A stretch of DNA of 64,000 nucleotides from Octopus vulgaris (lineage: Eukaryota): contig OX597838.1 of assembly GCA_951406725.2 (NCBI GenBank), positions 29,078,001 to 29,142,000 of the forward strand, read 5' to 3'. A program made the translations under genes and the position numbers. Shown piece after piece: positions 1 through 12,499 of the stretch (position 1 is its first letter; each line of letters begins with the position of its first letter). Under the pieces are notes generated by a model, which was given only the letters and a program-made list of their open reading frames with translations, did not search any database and was not told the origin of the DNA.

Positions 1-84
1 TGTGAGAATAAGAAGTAAGAATTACAAAAAGAAACAGGTCTGTAAGGTGGTGGTAGTTGGTGACTCGAAGGCCTATGTCAGCCC

Positions 85-201
85 AGTTGCAAGCTACGTT
101 TCGCTTCCGGGTTCAGTCTCACTGTGTGGCACCTTGGGCAAGTGTCTTTTAATATAGCCTTGTGAGTGGAGGATTTGGTTGATGGGAACTGAAAGAAGCT
201 A

Positions 202-205
<4 letters not shown>
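85..205 (+). mobile_element. SINE-A 5' half, degenerate
   Basis: ccgggttcagtctcactgtgtggcaccttgggcaagtgtct...gaactgaaagaagc matches other SINE-A copies; followed by (TA)n. Confidence 0.75.
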
Positions 206-238
<33 letters not shown>

Positions 239-239
239 G

Positions 240-430
240 TGACCGCGTGTGTACCGTTGGCGATTTTTTCCTCCTCTGTCTTCCCTTCTCTGGATCTTTC
301 CTTCTCCTATGTTTCTGTCGAAAAGCTCCGCTCGAAACGTTAAACCCTCCTTCTTTCCTTCCTTCCTGAGCGTCCAATAATACTATATTTGTTCCACGTC
401 CTCGCGTTGTTGTGTTTTTTTGTGATTTCA
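240..430 (+). mobile_element. Penelope-like terminal repeat remnant
   Basis: Contains hammerhead-like motif 311-345; bracketed by (TA)n tracts. Confidence 0.5.
311..345 (+). ncRNA. Minimal type I hammerhead ribozyme candidate (variant core CUGUCGA)
   Basis: gttt CTGTCGA a aagc-tcc-gctc GAAA CGT T aaac: stem I gttt/aaac, stem II (1 mismatch), ACGU palindrome. Confidence 0.5.
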
Positions 431-438
431 TGTTTGGA

Positions 439-511
<73 letters not shown>

Positions 512-568
512 AGTAAATACATATATTCGCTACAGGTGTACACTACATGTATATATGTATATATATAT

Positions 569-872
569 ATCACCGTGACCGACCAGGTTATCATATGCTG
601 CTACACATCGCTGGTCACAATGCGTTTCGTATTGTTTTAGCCTTCAAACGACGCCACCCCGCTGGCTAAGCGAGCAGGCCAACAGAGAAAAGAGTGAGAG
701 AAAGTTGTGGCGAAAGAGTACAGCAGGGATCGCCACTACCCACTGCCGGAGCCTCGTAGAGCTTTAGGTGTTTTCGTTCAATAAACACTCACAAAGCCCC
801 GACTGGAAATCGAAACTGCGATCCTACGACCGCGAGTCCACTGCCCTAACCACTGGGCCATTGCGCCTTCAA
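569..872 (-). mobile_element. SINE-B, tail type a
   Basis: tRNA-like head gaaggcgcaatggcccagtggttagggcag...ttcgatttcc; body shared with 24034-24365; distinct 3' tail. Confidence 0.85.
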
Positions 873-880
873 CATATATG

Positions 881-929
<49 letters not shown>

Positions 930-1027
930 ATTCCATCACACCGCTTCATGGTCGTTGTTGGCGTGTTCACGTTCCCGTAACTTAGCGATTCAGCAAATCG
1001 ACCGCCCCCCACCCCCCCAAAAAAACA

Positions 1028-1174
1028 AACTTATTTCTACAGCTGAGTGAACTGGAGCAACGTGAAGTAAAGTATCTTGCTCAAGAACACAACTCACAGC
1101 CCGGTCCGGGAATCAAACTCGCTACCTCCTGATTCTGAGCCCGGCGCTCTAACCACTGAGCCATGCGCCTCCAC
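1028..1174 (-). mobile_element. SINE-D 5' part (tRNA head + cttgagcaagacact domain)
   Basis: Matches full copy at 56253-56580. Confidence 0.8.
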
Positions 1175-1179
1175 AAGTT

Positions 1180-1430
1180 CGCTTTAAATCTTGGTATACA
1201 AAATTTTTTCCTTTGATAGTTTCAGCTTTGCCCTGTGCATAACTCACACTCCAATCTTTCCAGTTCAAATCAAGAACAAAATCGTACGACTTCATACTGC
1301 ATACGTTTGTTACTACATCGTATATATCATCGTATATTTCTATTCTAATGCTCTTTTCCGCCATTACACAAACTGACTAGAAGTGGTTCTCTATAGCATT
1401 GTTTTCGAAATCACCTTTAAATACTTCCAT
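1180..1430 (-). pseudogene. Possible LINE (CR1/L2-like) AP-endonuclease remnant
   Basis: Minus-strand peptides CYREP and SYDFVLDLNWKDWSVS resemble the YRxP and GDFNxPxINW motifs; very degenerate. Confidence 0.3.
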
Positions 1431-1724
1431 TTTGTCTTGTAGGTTTTTATCCATTCATGTCTTGACTGCTTTATTCATTTCTTTGTATCGTTCCGCTTTG
1501 ATAATATCGATGATGGACCGTTCAACGTATTTTCTTCTATCTTTTCTTCTTCCTTTTCAAACTCTCCTCTCTCAGTTTTGATGTTGGGTTGACCTGTTAC
1601 TTACTTCTCGGTTTCTAAGATGGCGGCTTCTTTTGTTGATTTCTTTGTTGTTTATTTGAAAAGACGTATACACGGGGTTGTTGTCGTCTGTTTCAGTCTG
1701 CTGCAGAGGTGCACAAGTGCCTCA

Positions 1725-1725
1725 C

Positions 1726-1805
<80 letters not shown>

Positions 1806-1915
1806 GCCTGCCTGCCTGTCTGCCTGCCTGTCTGTCTGTCTGTCTGTCTGCCTGCCTGTCTACCTGCCTGCCTGCCTGTCTGTCTGTCTGCCTGTCTTTC
1901 TGTCTGTCTGTCTGC
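1725..1915. repeat. Compound microsatellite (TATC)n-(TGCC/TGTC)n
   Basis: Direct reading. Confidence 0.95.
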
Positions 1916-2040
1916 AGGGAGAAGAGTGGCTGTGTGGGGAATGCAAGTGAGCAAATATGGAGACGATCGATGCAAAGGAACAGATAAAAACCCTTGGGTT
2001 TTAATGTACAATATATATATATATACATATGCATATATAT

Positions 2041-2275
2041 AGTCGCAGGTGTAGCTGTGTGGTAAAAAGCTTGCTTACCGACCACATTTTTACCAACCAC
2101 ATGGTTTTGGGTTCACTCCCTCATGGTTCTGGGTTCGGTAAAAGAAGCAGATAGAATAGAATAAGTACTAGGCATACAAAGAACATGTCCTGGGGGTCGA
2201 TTTGTTCGACTAAAGGCAATGCTTCAGCATGGGCGCAGTCAAAATGACTGAAACAAGTAAAAAAATAAAAGAATA
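2041..2275 (+). mobile_element. SINE-A, internally deleted
   Basis: Head gctgtgtggtaaaaagcttgcttacc joined to 3' part cagtcaaaatgactgaaacaagtaaaa. Confidence 0.8.
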
Positions 2276-2338
2276 TGTGTACATATGTGTTGGTATTTTG
2301 TACATTAAAACCCAAGGCCTTTATCTGTTTACTTCAAT

Positions 2339-2379
<41 letters not shown>

Positions 2380-2380
2380 A

Positions 2381-2431
<51 letters not shown>

Positions 2432-3043
2432 TGTAAGTATAAATATAGTGTACTCGTTTCGTATTTCGTCTTTGCTGTCGACATTATTTATTTTCGTATC
2501 CAATTTCTCGCTCAATATTTCGTTTCGTCATTTTTATTTCCTTATTGCATCAACCGTATGATATATATATATACTTTTCAAAGTGTAATATCAAACAATA
2601 CAATTTTCTTCATTTTTAACATACATCTAAATTTCAATTGCTGCAGAAATAATGGAGATTTATTATATAAATGTATAAAAAAAGAGTCAATTATTGAAAC
2701 ATGCATACGAACGGATATCTGAATAAATCCTTTTAAATTCTAAATATTATGTTACTCCATGGGTCTTTTACGATATGAACTGATTAATAAGAAGTAAAGG
2801 AAAAAAAACGCTTTTTTCATAATTCGTATCGTTGCCATATTGAGTTTTCATTCCATGTTACATATAATTGTTTCTGTCTTGATGTATTTTGATATATATT
2901 CTCATCGAAACCTACCTACCTACATACATACATACATATATACCTCCCTCCCTCCCTCCCTCCTAACCTCCCTACCTACTTACATACCTACCTACCTACC
3001 TACCTACCTACCTACCTACCTACCTACCTACCTACCTATCTAC

Positions 3044-3114
<71 letters not shown>

Positions 3115-3164
3115 ATATTCTTTCTTTCTCTCTCTCATCCTCTCTCTTTCTCTGTATATATATA

Positions 3165-3375
3165 TACTCTTTTACTCTTTTACTGGTTTCAGTCATTTGA
3201 CTGCGGCCATGCTGGAGCATCGCCTTTAATCGAGCAACTCGACCTCGGGACTTATTCTTTTGTAAGCCCAGTACTTATTCTATCGGTCTCTTTTGCCGAA
3301 CCGCTAAGTAACGGGGACGTAAACACACCAGCATCGGTTGTCAAGCAATGCTAGGGGGACAAACACAGACACACA

Positions 3376-3435
<60 letters not shown>

Positions 3436-3553
3436 TACGACGGGCTTCTTTCAGTTTCCGTCTACCAAATCCACTCACAAGGCTTTGGTCGGCCCGAGGC
3501 TATAGTAGAAGACACTTGCGGAAGGTGCCACGCAGTGGGACTGAACCCGGAAC
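3165..3553 (-). mobile_element. SINE-A, 5' truncated
   Basis: Reverse complement of 10935-11353, including internal (TA)n. Confidence 0.9.
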
Positions 3554-3811
3554 TAATTTATTTCGTTATTTTATTCTGTTTGAGATACAAAAGTAAGTGA
3601 TGGGAGTTAGCCATAACCCGGAATGTACCTGAGAGCTATTACGGTACCTCTCTGAATAATTTGTCCCTATCGATCAAGTCACCTGCAACTTGGGATCCCT
3701 TGACGACAGCGTAACCCTCATTTAACTACTTATTTTATTTTTCAAAATTAAGATAAGCAAAGTTCCATTTTAATCTAAAATATACTCTCTTTCATTTTCT
3801 ACAATGCTCTT

Positions 3812-4099
3812 TCATCTTTCTGGTAGACTTGCAAAGCTGCTCTCCCAAAATACACTTTTCCATGATAAAAAATACTCCTCCAGAATTCTTCTGACCTCGT
3901 CTACAGAATTCATATTTTTTCTATCCAAATAATTTTGAAGACTGTAGAATAAATGATAATCAGATGGAGCAATGTCTGGCGAATATGGTGCGTGTAGCAT
4001 CTTTTCCCATTCAAACTGCTCCAGCCTTTGGAATGTCATCCTCGTTGTATGTGGTCGAGCATTATCCTGATGGAAGAATACCTTTCGTTTTGAAACCAA
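3812..4099 (-). pseudogene. Mariner transposase C-terminal catalytic fragment
   Basis: HQDNARPH and YSPDIAPSDYHLF motifs in ORF track. Confidence 0.92.
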
Positions 4100-4449
4100 A
4101 GATGGTCGTTTTTCTTCTGGTGCTGACTTGAATGACTGGTTGAATTACCAAATCTAAGCTTCTCTGCTACTTCTCAAAAGTTACGACGGGTTTGTAGAAC
4201 ATCCTCACCGATCTCTACAGATCTTCCAGGACGAGGTTCTTCTTCTAGGCTGTAATTCCCGGCTTGGAATTTCTGGAACCACCGTTGACACTGGCTTATG
4301 CTCATTGTCCGACTGTCTTATCCCCACATACTGCATTAATATTCCTCGCATTTTCCGTTGCAGTGTTGCCTTCATTGAACTCATAAAGCAAAATATGCCA
4401 AACTTGTTCCTTTGTCACTTCCTTTATAGCTTTGAAAAAAGAGAAAAAA

Positions 4450-4774
4450 AGCTAGTACGTTTATATATTCGTTGTGCAAGATTTTTTATGTGAAGTCATG
4501 TGTTGAAACAGATATTGTTATATTTCGGAATGGTCATTTTGCCAGTTTAGCCAATAAAATGGCTGACGGTTAGTAAGGAGCGACACACAAATAAGAAAGA
4601 AGAAAACAAAGGACCACTGATGCGGTCACAGGAGTGTGACGAAAGAACTCTGGCCGAAATAAGATTAAAATTAATGTAAAAAATAAATAACACTGAAGCA
4701 AAATAACACCAACTATATAGTGCGTGTGTTTTTTATTGGCTAAACTGGCAAAATTACCATTCCGAAATATAACA
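4450..4774 (+). mobile_element. Fold-back insertion (Penelope-like terminus) with 44-bp inverted arms 4516-4559 / 4731-4774
   Basis: Arms differ at 1 position; hammerhead-like motif between them. Confidence 0.6.
4611..4655 (+). ncRNA. Type I hammerhead candidate (variant core CUGAUGC)
   Basis: cca CTGATGC g gtcac-aggagt-gtgac GAAA gaact C tgg. Confidence 0.45.
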
Positions 4775-5134
4775 TAGAAAAAAGCTGTTAAAATCGAACT
4801 GCACTCTTCAAAGCTTGCACTAAGAATAATGACAAGGTAAAATTACTATTTGCTTTTATAGCAAGTTGATGCAGGTACTTTATCCCTCCCTCCCACCACC
4901 AACTTTTAGTTCATGCAATTGAAAAAGAAAACCCCACATTAATTATGGGATGACCTAATATACGCATACACATACATATGATGACTTATGCACATACATA
5001 TATACATCAACATAAACACACTGTCATAACACATCGCACACTCGCACGCTCTCACACACATCCACATACGCGGACACACACGCACACGTCCACAGACAGA
5101 CATTTATTATAAGCTCAGTTCAACGACTTAATTA

Positions 5135-5136
5135 CA

Positions 5137-5201
<65 letters not shown>

Positions 5202-5334
5202 CATACATACAGATATGTATGTATAGGTTTGTGAGTATGTGTGTGTGTGTCTCTATGCATATATGCTTATGAACGTACATATACGTATATATATACCTAC
5301 ACATAAATCTATGTAGATAGATGTATATATATAT

Positions 5335-5382
<48 letters not shown>

Positions 5383-5415
5383 GTGTGTATGTATATATAT
5401 GTATATATATGTATA

Positions 5416-5466
<51 letters not shown>

Positions 5467-5521
5467 GTATATATATACATGTATATATATATATATGTAT
5501 ATATATATGTATATATATATG

Positions 5522-5552
<31 letters not shown>

Positions 5553-5553
5553 G

Positions 5554-5600
<47 letters not shown>

Positions 5601-5611
5601 GCATACATACA

Positions 5612-5647
<36 letters not shown>

Positions 5648-5670
5648 TATATACATACATACACACACAC
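5135..5670. repeat. Compound (CA)n/(TA)n/(TACA)n microsatellite
   Basis: Direct reading. Confidence 0.95.
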
Positions 5671-6074
5671 TCGACAGTAGTGAGTTGTTTGTGCGCCATG
5701 TGGCAGGGTATTGTTTCGAAACACCCAATAGACTGAAGGAAGCATTTCGGCCGCCATTTATCTGATAAGGACGCTGTTAGCGCTGCGGGTAATGCCGCTA
5801 AGTGGCGGCGGCGGCGGCGACGACGACGATGATGGTTGTAATGATGAGAATAAGAATGAGGACGGTAGTGATGATGATGGGGATGATGAAGATGGCTGAG
5901 TTGATAATGTTGCTGGTGTGGCTGTTGTTGTTACTGGTGATGTTTGCGGTGAAAATAATGATTATATAAAAAGTGTTGCCGGCGACGACGACGGTGATTA
6001 AAATGCTTGACGGTGTACATCAAAAATTGGCTCCTTCCATAATTTTGACCGACCGGGCTCATGCCCACACTCAG

Positions 6075-6461
6075 ACATGTGCTATGTATGTATGTATGTA
6101 TGTATGTATGTATGTATGTATGTATGTATGTATGTATGTATGTAGGTATGTATGTCTGCACGTATGTATGTATATATATCGATGTATGTATGTATGTATG
6201 TATGTATGTATGCATGTATGTATATATCGATGTATGTATATATATATGTATGTATGTAAGTACGTTCGTACGTATGTGTGTATATATGTATAAGTATGTA
6301 TGTATGTAAGCACGTATGTATTTATGTATGTATATATGCATGTATGTAGGTATGCATATATATATATATATGCACATATATATACGCATACATTACATAC
6401 ATACATACATATATATATACTCAATTATATATATATACGAATATATATATATATATGAATA

Positions 6462-6510
<49 letters not shown>
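6075..6510. repeat. (TATG)n and (TA)n microsatellites
   Basis: Direct reading. Confidence 0.95.
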
Positions 6511-6518
6511 GTATATTT

Positions 6519-6890
6519 TATTAAATTAGAGACAAAACCACTATTAGGCAAATCATACAATGAAAAACTTAAGCCAATACATAAGATTATCTTGGCGACG
6601 CCAAGATAAATATTTAAACCACCTGATGAATGACTAACTCGAAAATTTAAAGAAATTAACAGCCATGAAACGATCGTAGTGATATATTAATTATATTTTT
6701 TAAATAATTTTGTTATATATTTAAATAATATAAATTAAATAATCTTATGTATTGGCTTAAGTTTTTCATTGTATGATTTGCCTAATAGTGGTTTTGTCTC
6801 TAATTTAATATAATATAATATTTTACTATTAAATTGGATTCAATCCTAAATCTGATTTTTCCCTGTAAGTTTGGATATATTCCCTAATAT

Positions 6891-6900
<10 letters not shown>
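6519..6900 (+). mobile_element. Penelope-like terminal remnant with perfect 72-bp inverted arms 6519-6590 / 6739-6810
   Basis: Arms are exact reverse complements; hammerhead between them; 6840-6895 is homologous to 63135-63200 (reverse); flanked by (TA)n. Confidence 0.7.
6620..6681 (+). ncRNA. Type I hammerhead ribozyme candidate, canonical core
   Basis: cac CTGATGA atgact...agccat GAAA CGATCGT A gtg: stem I 3 bp, stem II 5/6 bp, palindromic ACGATCGT stem III. Confidence 0.65.
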
Positions 6901-6948
<48 letters not shown>

Positions 6949-7228
6949 AGTCATATATCCATATATACATATACACATATTAAATGCATCCGTATACATA
7001 CACATATATCCACATACACACACATACGCAAATCCACATACACATATATATATACACACAAACTCACACACATACATGTCTGAAAGTCTATGAGAATGAC
7101 TTAATACAGTTTTTGAAGTGTAAAGGTGAATTTCAAAACTAAAATGTTATGAAGTCTTTTATCAGGATGTTACTAACCTTTTTTGGGGAAGAAGTGTTTT
7201 TTCTCGTCTGTGAATGCTTTCGTTTAAC

Positions 7229-7295
<67 letters not shown>

Positions 7296-7564
7296 TCACG
7301 CGCACAGGTTTACACATATCTAAAAGAAAAGATAGTAAGAGAGTCACTGATCGTTCAGTATATTTAAACAGAGAATCACATTTATTTTTTATCTTTACAT
7401 GTGGAAAGTTGACAGTGACTTCGAAGTTACTTCTGAATGGCATTCGGCTGCTAGATTAGACGAAAGCAGCTGAACCGATACTTTGAAATCGACTGTCGAT
7501 ATTTTCTTTGAAAAAAAAAAGAAAAGAAAGAAAAGGCAAACAAAACATAATATGCAAATGCGCA

Positions 7565-7881
7565 TGTATTATTTGCACACACACACACTCTCAAACACAC
7601 ACACACATATATATATATATGTATATGTATATATGTATATATATATATATGTATATATGTATATATATATATATATATATGTATATGTATATATATATGT
7701 ATATGTATATATATATGTATATATATATATATGTATATGTATATATATATATGTATATGTATATATATATTTATATATATATATATATATATATACATAT
7801 GTATATGTATATATGTATATATGTATATATATATTTATATATATATATATATATATATACATATGTATATGTATATATGTA

Positions 7882-7950
<69 letters not shown>
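7565..7950. repeat. (TA)n/(TATG) compound microsatellite
   Basis: Direct reading. Confidence 0.95.
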
Positions 7951-7951
<1 letters not shown>

Positions 7952-8217
7952 TACACACTCGTTGTTGCTGCCGGTGGATCTGGACTATTGGCTGTAGATA
8001 CCAGCAGCTTGTCGATAATCGTTCTCTTTGTCTAGTTGTTGTTCCTGCTTTCTCTTAAGGCAGACTCCATCACAGACAAACTGTAGACATCTAGAAACCA
8101 ACCAACAACAAATGGCCGAATACAACGGGAAAAAAAGAGTCTTCTTTTAACTTTTGTTTTTTTTATATATTTTGCTGTTCAGCCTTCTTTTTGCTTTCAT
8201 CTTCTTTCATCTCCCCC

Positions 8218-8229
8218 TTTGTTGTTGTT

Positions 8230-8265
<36 letters not shown>

Positions 8266-8570
8266 CTTCTTCTTCTTCTTCTTCTTCTTCTTCTTTTTAT
8301 TTTTCTTCTTCTTCTTCTTCTTCTTCTTCTTCTTCTTTTCCTTCTTCTTCTTCTCCTCCTTCCCCTCCTCCTCCTCCCTCTTCTTCTTGTTCTTCTTGTT
8401 CTTGTTCTTGTTCTTGTTCTTCTTCTACTTTTTCTTCTTTTCTTCTTTTTTTTCTTCTTCTCATTCTTCTTCTTCTTCTTCTTCTTCTTCTTCTTCTTCT
8501 CATTCTTCTTCTTCTTGTTCTTCTTGTTCTTGTTCTTCTTGTTCTTCTTCTTCTTATTATTATTATCATC
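8218..8570. repeat. (GTT)n-(CTT)n trinucleotide tract
   Basis: Direct reading. Confidence 0.95.
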
Positions 8571-8899
8571 GTCCCCTCCCTCACCTTTCCAAATACCACA
8601 CTTTTAAAATCTCACAATGCATCTCTGTTCACGGTTCCTGTTCTGTTTAATGGCCGACTTCTGTGTTGCACCGATCTCGTGCACTTCCTCTCGCCTATTC
8701 ACCTTCCATTGCTATCTTGCCCAAAATATAATGTTCAGCTGCTGTTTAAACATGTTGACATCAACCCTCTGCACACATAACCCTTAACGTATTCGAGCGT
8801 GGGCGGGAAGCTGGATGTTTGATAGATGCGCTCGGTTGAAACCCACGCGGTTACTGTAACCTGTCTCTCTCTGAGAAAAAAAACAAAAAACAAAAATAA

Positions 8900-9170
8900 C
8901 AACTGTGCGGAAGTCCGACGAAAATGTGTGTGTGTGTGTGTGTTTGCCTTTGTATTTACGTTTGTCCTCCCACCACTACTTAACAACCGGTGTTAGTTTG
9001 CTTACCTCTATGCAATTTAGCGGTTCGGCAAAAGATATCGATAGAATAAGTAGCCGACTCAAAAAATAAAAAAGTATTGGGTGATCGATTCGCTCGACTG
9101 AGATCCTTCAAAGCGATGCCCCTGCATGGCCGCAACCCAATGACTGAAGCAAGTAAGTGATAAAACATAA
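8900..9170 (+). mobile_element. SINE-A 3' half, diverged
   Basis: ttagcggttcggcaaaagatatcgatagaataagta...atgactgaagcaagtaa. Confidence 0.75.
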
Positions 9171-9267
9171 ATTGACTATTGCTATATTTGGCTCACCTCA
9201 ATATAAAGTTCGCCTGTAGGGCTTCAACCTCATTCTAGTAACTTCCGGTGGCTTTTGGTATTTTGGT

Positions 9268-9862
9268 ATAATTAACATAACTAAGTATATATTAGCATAT
9301 CTTAATATAATTAACATATCTTAGCATAATTAACATAACTAAGTGTATATTAACATATCTTAATATAATTATTTATCTTAGCGTAATTAACATAACTAAG
9401 TATATATTCTGTTGTGTCTGGGGAGAGTCATTTTCTTTTTGTGCCTTATAATGTAACACACTCACCGGTAAAATTTCAGCAGAATATGCTTCAACACACG
9501 AACTCATATGAAGAATCTTGCAAACCAAATCCAAAAACGAAATAAGTATATATTAACATATCTTAATATAATTAACATATCTTAGCATAATTAACATAGC
9601 TAAGTATACATTGGATCTAGGACTTTTCGTCTAAAACACTTCGGTCTAATGCGCTATGGTCCAAAGAACTTTGATCTAATAACTATTTTGTCTATAGAAT
9701 CTCAAAACAACAAAAAAAATGTAAAAGATCTAAACAACTATACTCTAATAATCCTTTTTTATCTTTAGATGAAAATGCTTTTAGACCAAAGTGTCTTAGA
9801 CTAAAGTGTTTTGGACCAAAGTGCCGTATCCCATATTAACATATCTTTGCATAAATTAACAT
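9268..9862. repeat. ~58-bp AT-rich tandem repeat, interrupted by two insertions
   Basis: ctaagt recurs at 9281, 9339, 9396; the unit resumes at 9543-9610 and 9834-9862. Confidence 0.75.
9612..9833. mobile_element. MITE with inverted ends and 15-bp subterminal repeats (acactt(c/t)ggtctaa)
   Basis: Left tggatctaggacttttcgtctaaaacacttcggtctaa vs right ttagaccaaagtgtcttagactaaagtg...gccgtatccca. Confidence 0.6.
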
Positions 9863-10236
9863 AGGTGCAGGAGTGGCTGTGGGGTAAGTAGTTTGCTTAC
9901 CAACCACATGGTTCCGGGTTCATTCCCACTGCGTGGTACCTTGGGCAAGTGTTTTGTGAGTGGATTTGGTGGACGGAAACTGAAAGAAGCCCGTCGTATA
10001 TGTGTATGTATGTGTATGTATATATTTGTATGTCTGTGGTTGTCTCCCCAACATCGCTTGACAACCGATGCTGGTGTGTTTACGTCCCCATAACTTAGCG
10101 GTTCACCAAAAGAGAACGATAGAATAAGTACTAGGCTTACAAAGAATAAGTCCTGGGGTCAATTTGCTCGACTAAAGGCGGTGCTCCAGCATGACCGCAG
10201 TCAAATGACTGAAACAAGCAAAAGAGTAAAAGAGTA
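9863..10236 (+). mobile_element. SINE-A, near full length
   Basis: Head ggtgcaggagtggctgt through tail aaagagtaaaagagta. Confidence 0.9.
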
Positions 10237-10261
10237 TAGGTTAGATCGATTGTACTGATAA

Positions 10262-10480
10262 CTAATGAGCCATTCCAGATATCTATTACGAATGGGAATG
10301 GTCTCAACACAGTTCCCTGAGATACTACGGTATGAACTTTTGACCATTCAAAGAGGGCACTACTGAAAGCAAGAGCTTGATCACTGTCTTTTAGGAAGTT
10401 TTTCAGCCACTCTTCCACGACAAGTTTGTATTTTGTATAAAGCCTTCGCAGTGTCCACGAATATCGCATCTAACTTCGAT
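10262..10480 (-). pseudogene. CR1/L2-type LINE reverse transcriptase fragment
   Basis: LDAIFVDTAKAL (cf. DaiylDfsKAFD) and EWLKNFL...VSQGTVLRPFPF (cf. GVPQGSVLGPLLF), frameshifted. Confidence 0.7.
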
Positions 10481-10489
10481 CAAGCAACG

Positions 10490-10670
10490 GTCTTAACATA
10501 GAGCAGCAGTCTTAGCATGCAGCAACGGCCTTAGCTTGCATAAGCTGCCTTAGCATGCAGTTGCAATCTTGGCATGCATCAATGGCCTTAGACTGCAGTA
10601 GTTGCTTTAGCATTCAACAGCTGCTTTAGCATTCAACAGCGTTTTTAGCATTCGACAACAGCTTCCTTAG
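10490..10670. repeat. Degenerate ~20-21 bp minisatellite (cttagcatgcagcaacggc-like)
   Basis: ttagca motif recurs about every 20 bp. Confidence 0.6.
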
Positions 10671-10934
10671 TGTGACGCGGCTGTGCAAGGCCGCATCTCC
10701 TTGTGTGGAAACTATACAGCGTATCACTTTACAACTTAACAAATGGTTTTCCTCTCTAGTAATATAAATAGTTTCTTTCTAATAATGAATCTCCTGACGT
10801 AACTGATATACCTATCCACAGATATATACACCTACAATATGGCATTTAACTATTACGGGATGGGCTATAGGTCCTGTTTCAAGATTAGGAGCCGTCAGCT
10901 ACTTTCAGTCAAGTTTTTCAAGCATAATTTAAAT

Positions 10935-11353
10935 AGGCGCAGGAGTGGCTGTGTGGTAAGTAGCTTGCTTACCAACCACACGGTTCCGTGTTCAGTCCCA
11001 CTGCGTAGCATCTTGGGCAAGTGTCTTCTGCTATAGTCCCGTGCCGACCAATGCCTTGTGAGTGGATTTGGTGGACGGAAACTGAAAGAAGCCTGTCGTA
11101 TATATATATATATGTATGTGTGTGTATATGTTTGTGTGTCTGTGTTTGTCCCCCTAGTATTGCTTGACAACCGATGCTGGTGTGTTTACGTCCCCGTCAC
11201 TTAGCGGTTCGGCAAAAAGAGACCGATAGAATAAGTATTGGGCTTACAAAGAATAAGTCCCGGGGTCGATTTGCTCGACTAAAGGCGGTGCTCCAGCATG
11301 GCCGCAGTCAAATGACTGAAACAAGTAAAAGAGTAAAGAGTAAAGAGTAAGAG
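10935..11353 (+). mobile_element. SINE-A, full length
   Basis: tRNA-like head (A box tggtaagtagcttgc, B box gttcagtccc), ttgggcaagtgtctt domain, internal (TA)/(TG), tail (aaagagt)n. Confidence 0.92.
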
Positions 11354-11870
11354 TTAAACTTGAAGCGTTTTTGTGTGTGTGTGTGTGTTTTAAGAGAATT
11401 GTCTGAGAAATATTCCAGAAAAACTTCTGCATCACTTATTTCTCTCAAAATCTGTTATTACGCGACTTGTTTGAACAACTCCACACCACCGTCCAGAAGA
11501 AAAGAACAATGGTTTTCTACTAGCTTCAGATGCTTTACCTTCTTAGTAACTCATTGATACTTTTCTTCTGAAAACAAACGAGAGGCCAGGAATGCTGTTT
11601 ATTAATTCAAATGTACTTACAAGATTCCAAGAAATAACAGAATTAATACATAGATTTTTTTACGTAAAGAATACATGATTTTCTGCAATAGCCATAGAGA
11701 ACTTGACCCAGACTAGAAGTTTATTGAATAATTAATTCCATAGAAGAGTCCAAAGCTATCAAACCTATGTTTTCTAAGGGGACTGCAATCAAAAACTGAA
11801 ACAGTTCGGCGAAATCAGTTCGCTCGTTTATCTCTTAATTTATTTATGTGTACATAAATGCATATATACC

Positions 11871-12200
11871 TCTATATATATAAACGGCAAAATGTCTGAC
11901 TGTGTGTGTGTGTGTGTGCAAGTCCTTTATACAAATCCACAATTTTTCAGTTAGAGGGCACGCACTTTCTATGGTCATTCAAAACCGCCCAAGGGTGATC
12001 GTGCACATCTTTACATTTCCCCAGTCACCCCGCAAAGCCATTAAAAAATCAATAGAAGTGACTTTTTTGTGAATTTTCTATCAAAAGCCCAATCAAAATG
12101 ACCGAAACTTGATACGCCAAATGAATGCCAGCTAGCTGTATGTGATTGGTCGGAGATTTGGACAGTACTCGCGTGTATGTGCGCACGCACGCAGCTGTAT
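11871..12200 (+). mobile_element. Possible non-autonomous Helitron, 5' portion
   Basis: Starts TCtatatatataaa like the 5' ends of 32016-32519 and 57119-57502; 3' CTAG end not found on this strand. Confidence 0.4.
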
Positions 12201-12209
12201 ATGCATGCA

Positions 12210-12240
12210 CTAGCACTATGACCCGGCGTTGCCGAGTTAT
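12210..12240 (-). mobile_element. Helitron 3'-end stub
   Basis: ctagcactatgacccggcgttgccgag resembles ctagcagtaccgcccggcgttgctcggg at 32016. Confidence 0.5.
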
Positions 12241-12337
12241 AGTGATAGTATATATATATATATATATCTATATATATATATATATATACATATATATGTG
12301 TATACATATATGGGTTTATATATTAGATACATGTATG

Positions 12338-12373
<36 letters not shown>

Positions 12374-12387
12374 TAGATATATGCATG

Positions 12388-12431
<44 letters not shown>

Positions 12432-12445
12432 TAGATATATGCATG

Positions 12446-12499
<54 letters not shown>

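Larger units (their letters stand above)
3720..4958 (-). mobile_element. Mariner DNA transposon, internally deleted and decayed, interrupted by insertion 4450-4774
   Basis: 5' TIR ttaggtcatcccataatt ends 4958 next to TA; N-terminal HILLYEFNEGNTATE and WFQKFQAGNYSLEEEPRPGR (4200-4420); C-terminal HQDNARPHT and HAPYSPDIAPSDYHLF (3812-4099); 3' TIR not found. Confidence 0.9.

Noticed and set aside
10935-11010. tRNA genes (here and at other A/B-box sites)
   Set aside because: No complete cloverleaf; each continues into a SINE body
11420-11800. Possible LINE RT remnant (also 25430-25680 and 8580-8700)
   Set aside because: Only vague motif resemblance with many stops
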